64,000 bases of DNA, from positions 120,385 to 184,384 of the forward strand of contig JAMCSD010000006.1 of the NCBI GenBank assembly GCA_023380755.1, given 5' to 3'. The notes under the pieces were generated by a model that ran no database searches, was not told the DNA's origin, and was given only the letters and a program-made list of their open reading frames with translations. A program made the translations under genes and the position numbers. This DNA comes from Patescibacteria group bacterium. GTDB taxonomy: Bacteria > Patescibacteriota > Microgenomatia > UBA12405. Below, piece after piece: positions 57,750-64,000 of this stretch. The first letter of the stretch is position 1. Each line of letters starts with the position of its first letter.

Positions 57750-59201
57750 TTAGTCGTACCGTAATTTATAGACCCGAATATCAATAGATGCCGGAAATTC
57801 CATACTTTTTAATCGCTGATAATGGTGGTCCATGTAATCCACTATCTTTCCTTGGTAACCCTGATCATAAGACAATACCAAATAGATATTATCGTAAACT
57901 TTAGCGTAATCTTTAAGTTGGGAAACTAGCTCATTGGTCGTGAAAGGAGGAATCGGCCCTTGCACATAACGGTTCCAATGGGGAATAGTATCTATTCTGG
58001 CCAAACCTCCATAATAATATTCAATCGGGTAAACCGTGAAAGGTGCACTCACTGCGATAATATCGTGAGGGGTAGCATGGGTTACCAGGTATTTATCCAC
58101 CTCTCGATAACTCTCCTTTACTGGTGTCATGGCCGAGGTGTCTTGGAAGTTTAATGAGAGCAGCATCAAGGCAATTATCACTACCGACACGATGGAAATT
58201 ACCTGCCGTCCAAAATTAATTAGAATCCATGCCAGCAGCGTAAACAAAGACGGGGTCACAAAGATCAGATAACGGGGTAAAAATATTGGTTTAAAAAAAG
58301 AAAATAAATAAATTAACAACACGGGCAGAATGCTGATCACCACAAAATAATCCGTCCGCTGAAGTTTCACTGTTACCTGTCGCGTGAAAATAAAAAAGAT
58401 AATCATTAAGAATAATGGCCATAAAGAAATCACTATCGATTGGATTAACTGATTTTGAAAACCGATAAAGAAATTGAAATATATTTGCAGCAAGTTAAAA
58501 GAATTCGGCTGTGGGATTATTGGTTGGGTGTTGGCCGCCAATCCCAAAGTGTACACATAATATGCCCATGGTAAAAACAGGTTTACCATACAAGCCCCCA
58601 GCAATATAAAGGTTATTGTTAATTGGCGGCTGCTCTCAAACTTTTTGATTAACAGGTATATTGCCTGGGACAGCAACATGAAGGCGAAAAAATAGTGACT
58701 ATATATTCCCAAGAGACCGGTAATAAAATAACCCCATCGCCCTTTTTCTCCTTTACTGTCCACTATCTGTAAAAAATAATAATGGTTGACTGTGGCCAAC
58801 AAAGTGAGGAGGGTATAGGTCCGTGCTTCTTGGCTATACCATAAGACAAAAGGGGAGAGGGCAAATAAAGCCGTTCCCAAAATTGCTGTTGCTCGGTTTG
58901 TTACTCGTTTAATCAGAAAATACAAAAACGGTAACGTCAGGATAAAAAATATCAACGAAAGCAATCGGGAAATAACTATATCCGTCCCCAAAATTTGCAT
59001 CCAGAAATGCAAAATAAGCGTATATAACGGCGTTTGAACGTCTTGTCCGTTAATCTTTAATAATGTTGGTACCGACTTCGTGGCCACCCAGATTGATTGA
59101 GCCTCATCAAGACGTATGGACTGGGAATAAAGATAAAATAAATTAATTAATAAAGAGGCAATGACTACGGCATAAATGATAAAAACTTCTAGTCTTTTCA
59201 T
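57750..59201 (-). CDS. GT-C (family 39-like) membrane glycosyltransferase
   Basis: RLDEAQS, PLY..LH.W, YSQEARTY. Confidence 0.85.
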   Translation of the reverse strand: MKRLEVFIIYAVVIASLLINLFYLYSQSIRLDEAQSIWVATKSVPTLLKINGQDVQTPLYTLILHFWMQILGTDIVISRLLSLIFFILTLPFLYFLIKRVTNRATAILGTALFALSPFVLWYSQEARTYTLLTLLATVNHYYFLQIVDSKGEKGRWGYFITGLLGIYSHYFFAFMLLSQAIYLLIKKFESSRQLTITFILLGACMVNLFLPWAYYVYTLGLAANTQPIIPQPNSFNLLQIYFNFFIGFQNQLIQSIVISLWPLFLMIIFFIFTRQVTVKLQRTDYFVVISILPVLLIYLFSFFKPIFLPRYLIFVTPSLFTLLAWILINFGRQVISIVSVVIIALMLLSLNFQDTSAMTPVKESYREVDKYLVTHATPHDIIAVSAPFTVYPIEYYYGGLARIDTIPHWNRYVQGPIPPFTTNELVSQLKDYAKVYDNIYLVLSYDQGYQGKIVDYMDHHYQRLKSMEFPASIDIRVYKLRYD

Positions 59202-60715
59202 ACATTTGCTTGCGTCGCCACGGCCATCTTGTTGGCTTTATGAAATGGTAATAAATTTGCTGCTACCAGCACGTAAGGCATAAACATGGCGACATTAAAT
59301 AGTGCCCAAGCCATATTGGTGGCTACTGATGGATTAATCTCTTCCCGGTGGATGGCTAACACTGAGCCAGCCGCCACCAAAATAATATAAATAATATGGG
59401 GAAAACTTAGTTTCAGATAATTGCCACTTTGGGCTTGTTTTGGCGTGACTGAAAACGACACTGTCCTACGCATCAATACCGAAAAAATCGCCATCAGTTG
59501 TAAGTACCATGAGGAATAGGAAAAAGAAAAAGTTTTAAAACTAATATCCGCCCCCGCTGCCAGGTTAAGAGTATAAAGATTGATAAATATAAACGGTAAA
59601 AAATAAACTGCAAAACTGGTGGTTGATACCCCTACCGGCTGCACCGCAAAGAATAAATATAAAAGAGGCATCAGCAGGTCGATTAGGATCACAAAACCAT
59701 TAAAATAATACAGTGCTGAAGCCAGGTACTGCACCTTTTGACCTAATGTGAGCCCCTTTTTAAAAAATGGATTTTGATTAAATAACACCTCTAATGACCC
59801 CCGGGCCCAGCGAAATTGCTGTTTGTGATATGACAGTAAATCTTGGGGAGCTAACCCCTTAGCTAAAACTTCGGGAAGGTATCTCGAGCGCCAGCCGGCT
59901 TGGTGGATGTACAGTGAAGTTAAAAAATCTTCCGCAATATTTCTTTCTTCCATCCCCCCCACCTTTTCCAACGCTTTTCTTCTTATCACTACATTGGTGC
60001 CGCAGATAAACGAAGCATTACTTTTTTCCTTGCCTCGCATAATCGGTCCGAAAAACAATTTTTGTTGATCCCAAGCCGCGGCCGTCACTAAATTTTCTCC
60101 AGAGTTTACGTAAAATTGAGGTGTTTGCACAAAGCCCATCATCTGGTCTTTAAAAAAGGGAACTGTTCGTACTAGAAATTCCGGTTCCGGAACCATATCC
60201 GCGTCAAAAATGGCGACCAAATCACTTTTGGTCTCCCGGAGGGCATTATTAATATTGCCTGCTTTGGCCCCCCCAGCTACTTTCCGGGTGATGCAGTGAA
60301 TACCTAATTTTTTGGCCATCGCCTCAATCTGCTGCCAATTGTCTTTTTTGGCTACATAGCCGTCATTTAAGATATATATTTCCTTATTGCGGTAATCCAT
60401 CTCTTTGGCTGCTTGGGCTGTTTTTTCCACAACTTCAACCGGTTCTCCGGCTACTGTAATAAACACCGCGACACTCGGTTGGTAAATTTTATCGATGACT
60501 ATGACCGTAATTTTGTTGGCTGGCCAGACAGTAAACCAAAAAGTAAGAGCCATGATTACATGGTATATTTCCCCGATAAATAGGAGCGTGTATAACCACA
60601 GGTTACTGATGTGTGCCGGGGTCACCCACCAACTGAAATAAAAAATCGCTACCAAAACATCAACTAATATCAGTAGTCGGCTGACTCGATGGTAAGAAAT
60701 TGTTTCTAAATGCAT
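59198..60715 (-). CDS. Cellulose synthase catalytic subunit-like GT2, no evident PilZ domain
   Basis: AKAGNIN, FDADM, VQTPQ.Y, CGT, AED, QQFRW, F.VTPK. Confidence 0.88.
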   Translation of the reverse strand: MHLETISYHRVSRLLILVDVLVAIFYFSWWVTPAHISNLWLYTLLFIGEIYHVIMALTFWFTVWPANKITVIVIDKIYQPSVAVFITVAGEPVEVVEKTAQAAKEMDYRNKEIYILNDGYVAKKDNWQQIEAMAKKLGIHCITRKVAGGAKAGNINNALRETKSDLVAIFDADMVPEPEFLVRTVPFFKDQMMGFVQTPQFYVNSGENLVTAAAWDQQKLFFGPIMRGKEKSNASFICGTNVVIRRKALEKVGGMEERNIAEDFLTSLYIHQAGWRSRYLPEVLAKGLAPQDLLSYHKQQFRWARGSLEVLFNQNPFFKKGLTLGQKVQYLASALYYFNGFVILIDLLMPLLYLFFAVQPVGVSTTSFAVYFLPFIFINLYTLNLAAGADISFKTFSFSYSSWYLQLMAIFSVLMRRTVSFSVTPKQAQSGNYLKLSFPHIIYIILVAAGSVLAIHREEINPSVATNMAWALFNVAMFMPYVLVAANLLPFHKANKMAVATQANV

Positions 60716-60717
60716 AA

Positions 60718-61893
60718 TTAAAAAGTCACTAAATAATTAAGGTACAGGGCTGTCCCAAACCATAACCAATTTGTTTCGTAATACGGCAGATCATTACGGA
60801 ACGAGTTAGTGTCGTTAGAGTATAAATTAATAATTTTGGTGTTATAAATTACCTGCGCCTCATTCTGGTTTACTAGCCGAAAAAAATATAAAGCCGTGGC
60901 ATACATCACTGGATCTTCGTTGGGATTTAAAGAATTTCCCGCATGGTCAAAACCAGTTGGCAGCTTTTTATTCTGTTGATAAAATCCCTCTAAATACTTT
61001 AATGACTGAAGATAAGTTTGGGCTGAGGTATCTTTATTCCAGACATAATCGACTGCCACCCGCCACGGCACTCTCATCGCGTCAAAGGAATAGTTTGTCG
61101 TTAACCCCGGCGTATTGCTGGCAGTAATACTCCCATTCGGTTTACTTACGGCCACCCAATCTGGTGGCAACCCCACTGCCTTGTTTTTATCCAATGGAAT
61201 GTTCGACGAAACTGTTAATAATTCGTAAGCTGGGTTTATTAAACTGCTCCAGTCATTTTGAGTGTCAATCTTGGCAAAAATTCGCCAAGCATAAGGAGCT
61301 AAATACGAAGGATTAACAATATCTTTATCCGACCCTATCGCCCAATTTCCGGCTACTAAATACCTTTTTCCATTCACCACATCAGTCTCCGTTTTCCAAA
61401 TATCCGCCATCATTGGTTTGGCCTGGTCAGTATATGAAGAATTCCGCCACCGTTCTCCGGCCAAAACTAATGCCAGCGCCGTATCCGTGTCCGCATCCGC
61501 AGCACTATTATTACCGCCATTAGGTAAGAACCCATAACTGTTTTTATTTGGGTCCAATTTTCCCCACCGCCACCCGAGCAAATTATCCCCTGGGCGTTTC
61601 ATATTATCTTTTGTCCAGCTCCAAACTTTGTCAAAAGTAGCTTTATCGTCCATCCACACGGATTGCAACAAGGCGTAACTTTGACCTTCGGAAGTAGTGA
61701 TGTCGCCCTGGCTGTAGTCGATTACCCGGCCATCATTATTAATAAAGCGCGTCTTATAATTTTCCCACGATGAGGTCAGCAGGGTATAAGGAGAAAAAGT
61801 TCTCGTTTGTTGGCTAAATTTCCGCACATACAATACACTGACTAACAATCCCAAGCCAATAATAATGAAGATCAACCCTAAATACTTTTTCAT
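60718..61893 (-). CDS. GH8 endoglucanase (BcsZ-like)
   Basis: TTSEGQSY, NSAADAD, NPSY, FDAMRVPW. Confidence 0.92.
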   Translation of the reverse strand: MKKYLGLIFIIIGLGLLVSVLYVRKFSQQTRTFSPYTLLTSSWENYKTRFINNDGRVIDYSQGDITTSEGQSYALLQSVWMDDKATFDKVWSWTKDNMKRPGDNLLGWRWGKLDPNKNSYGFLPNGGNNSAADADTDTALALVLAGERWRNSSYTDQAKPMMADIWKTETDVVNGKRYLVAGNWAIGSDKDIVNPSYLAPYAWRIFAKIDTQNDWSSLINPAYELLTVSSNIPLDKNKAVGLPPDWVAVSKPNGSITASNTPGLTTNYSFDAMRVPWRVAVDYVWNKDTSAQTYLQSLKYLEGFYQQNKKLPTGFDHAGNSLNPNEDPVMYATALYFFRLVNQNEAQVIYNTKIINLYSNDTNSFRNDLPYYETNWLWFGTALYLNYLVTF

Positions 61894-62687
61894 CGGTATA
61901 CCCTCAATAAAATTAAACCGGTAAGAATGAATAACATGGAGATAGTAATTAACACTGAATAACTATGCGATGACATTAATTGTGTGGGATAATAGGATCG
62001 CGGATTTTCTCGGAAAAGATAATTTAATGGCGGCTCAATAATTTTTAACGTTTGCGGAATCACATTGCTTACCGGCGGTAATGGGGCACTAGTCGGCCTT
62101 ATCACCGGCACCGGTGTATTCGTCGGTCCGGGTGTCGTGCTGGTGCTGGGAGTGGTTTGCGCTCCGGCGACACTTCCCGTGGGCGTCGGCATTGGTGTTT
62201 CAATAGTTGCCGCTGGAGTCCCGGTAATGGTTTTAGTAGGCTGTGCCGTTACGGCCGCCGTCGGTGTTAGTGCCGGAGTGCCGCTCACTGGCCCTGAAGT
62301 CACCGTTGGTTGGGGAGTGGTTCCGGCAGTTGGCACCGGACTACCCGGAGTCGGTGTATTGTTTATGGTTCCGCTGGGAATTGCCGACGGGTTGGGTGGT
62401 ACTGGTGTCGGTGGTGGTGGGTCAATACTTGGTGGTGGATCGAGAGTTATTGGGGGTGGATCTAAAGTGGGACTAGCAGCTATAGTGAGGCTGGGCAGGG
62501 GGCTCGCCACTGGGCTGGGATTAAGTAACAGCGATGGTGTATCGTTGACGGTGGGCGCAGCACTTTGAGAAACGATCGGGGTCACGTTGGCGTTGGTTGG
62601 CGGCACAGCCGTCGGAGAGGCTCCGGTTGCTTGCGCTAACAAATTCCTGCCAATTTGCTCGGCCAACAAAAGCATAAGCGGACCCAA
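61890..62687 (-). CDS. Pro/Thr-rich protein with C-terminal membrane anchor
   Basis: Low-complexity P/T repeats, terminal TM with basic tail; start uncertain. Confidence 0.7.
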   Translation of the reverse strand: MGPLMLLLAEQIGRNLLAQATGASPTAVPPTNANVTPIVSQSAAPTVNDTPSLLLNPSPVASPLPSLTIAASPTLDPPPITLDPPPSIDPPPPTPVPPNPSAIPSGTINNTPTPGSPVPTAGTTPQPTVTSGPVSGTPALTPTAAVTAQPTKTITGTPAATIETPMPTPTGSVAGAQTTPSTSTTPGPTNTPVPVIRPTSAPLPPVSNVIPQTLKIIEPPLNYLFRENPRSYYPTQLMSSHSYSVLITISMLFILTGLILLRVYR

Positions 62688-62748
62688 ATAGTAACATAAG
62701 GTATATTCAATATAACATAAACTATTACTATAGAACTAGGAGTAAATC

Positions 62749-63285
62749 TTACTCTCGCATCCAGGCGCGGTACTTTTCAAAAACATGCTGTAATTTCGGT
62801 GCAATAATCAAGCTGCAATATGGCTGGTTACGGTTGTTCTGATAGTAGTTTTGATGATATTTTTCCGCGGGAAAAAAGTTAGTCAAGGGCTCAACCTCGG
62901 TGACTATCGTCCGCCCAAAAGCTCCGGATTCGTTTAACACCCGCTTTGACCTTTCGGCTTTAATTCTTTGTTCGTCGTTACTATAAAAAATGATGGACCG
63001 ATACTGGCTGCCCACATCGTTTCCTTGTCGATTCAAACTGGTGGGATCATGTGATTCCCAAAACACGCTTAAGAGCTGGTCATAAGTAATAATTTTAGGA
63101 TTATAAGTTACTTCAATTACCTCTGCATGCCCGGTCATTCCTGATGATACTGACTCATATGACGGATTTGGTGTCGCTCCCCCGGCATACCCCGGTTCCA
63201 CTTTAATCACTCCTTTTAGCCGCTCAAAAACCGCCTCGGTACACCAAAAGCAGCCGCCGCCAAAATAGGCTTTATCATCGGTCAT
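62749..63285 (-). CDS. msrA: Peptide-methionine (S)-S-oxide reductase
   Basis: GGGCFWC, GHAEV, QYRS, AE.YHQ.YY. Confidence 0.96.
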   Translation of the reverse strand: MTDDKAYFGGGCFWCTEAVFERLKGVIKVEPGYAGGATPNPSYESVSSGMTGHAEVIEVTYNPKIITYDQLLSVFWESHDPTSLNRQGNDVGSQYRSIIFYSNDEQRIKAERSKRVLNESGAFGRTIVTEVEPLTNFFPAEKYHQNYYQNNRNQPYCSLIIAPKLQHVFEKYRAWMRE

Positions 63286-63643
63286 CTTTGGGAATAAACT
63301 TTAACGATAATGAGTTCACGCAGTGTCGGGTATCTTTGGGAGTCAAATGCTCACCCTCAAAAACGTGTCCTAAATGAGCTCCGCATGCCCGGCAAATGAT
63401 TTCCGTCCTGACTCCATCCGCATCCCGAACCCTGGTGATTGCCCCTTCAATTTCTTGATCGAAACTGGGCCAGCCGCAGCGGGCTTCGAATTTGTCTTCT
63501 GAGCGGTAAAGTGGGGTTTCGCATCTCCGGCAAACATATACTCCCTTATCCCATTTATCAACATATACACCACTAAAAGGAGGTTCCGTATGCTTCTTGA
63601 CGATGACCGCTTCTTCTTCGGGTGTCAGTTTATTATGTTTCAT
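63275..63643 (-). CDS. msrB: Peptide-methionine (R)-S-oxide reductase
   Basis: CGWPSF, HLGHVF, RHCVNS. Confidence 0.96.
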   Translation of the reverse strand: MKHNKLTPEEEAVIVKKHTEPPFSGVYVDKWDKGVYVCRRCETPLYRSEDKFEARCGWPSFDQEIEGAITRVRDADGVRTEIICRACGAHLGHVFEGEHLTPKDTRHCVNSLSLKFIPKDDR

Positions 63644-63738
63644 ATATTATGCTATCAAAACTAGTATAAAAATAATAGGAGTTAAATGGTCTAAAAAAGC
63701 TGGTTGTTCGCCAGCTTTTTTAAATTCTGAAGAAATTG

Positions 63739-64000
63739 CTATTGGTTTAAATTCGGAGTTCCTGTCGGCCTTATTCGTTGTTCTGGATTAAGCTGGATTA
63801 ATTGCGCCGTCACGCTCCCGTCAGAGTTGTTTGTTCCGATGACCTGCACTGTTTGCCCCACGGTTAAATCCTGTTGGCTGGCCTTAGTGTTTTTGCCGAT
63901 GGTTGTGTTTCCGGCCAACAAGACTATTTTACTGCTCCCATCCGACATTTTTACGGTAATCGAGTTGTTGTCAGCCGAAATAATACTCCCTAAAACTGGC
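63739..64000 (-). CDS. DUF5666-like protein, C-terminal part
   Basis: DL.VG..V.V.G..NSDGSVTA..IQ; ORF continues past the window end. Confidence 0.6.
   Translation of the reverse strand, partial: PVLGSIISADNNSITVKMSDGSSKIVLLAGNTTIGKNTKASQQDLTVGQTVQVIGTNNSDGSVTAQLIQLNPEQRIRPTGTPNLNQ

Noticed and set aside
61890-62640. Repetitive sequence as a CRISPR or tandem array
   Set aside because: Explained by Pro/Thr codons; the same applies near 29.2-29.6 kb and 48.9 kb

Overview
This window looks like chromosome from a small-genome Patescibacteria/CPR bacterium, probably Microgenomates-like. That is an inference from the gene repertoire and the many leaderless-looking genes. Recognisable blocks: a large FN3/Ig surface protein with an ABC exporter, two exopolysaccharide loci (GT39/deacetylase/GT2/GH18 and GH8/BcsA-like/GT39/GH5), a type IV pilus locus, an FMN-binding/ApbE/NqrB-FNR flavinylation module, stress genes, dinB and msrAB. 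The main discovery is a set of nine ORFan-rich transcription units with an rRNA-operon-like RNA architecture. Each has a boxA-like antiterminator motif (approx. GYWCYTTRAMA), then a unit-specific leader arm complementary (sometimes with G-U pairs) to a trailer arm at or just after the last stop codon, then a long 3' hairpin. Two of these loci also carry intercistronic type III hammerhead ribozymes (47169-47223 minus strand; 55518-55583 plus strand), each next to a gene of the same cold-shock/OB-fold-like family. Also notable: a CBS + HPF/RaiA-like fusion, and a C-terminal module shared by two distant glycoside hydrolases. All calls were made by eye; no searches or folding programs were run.
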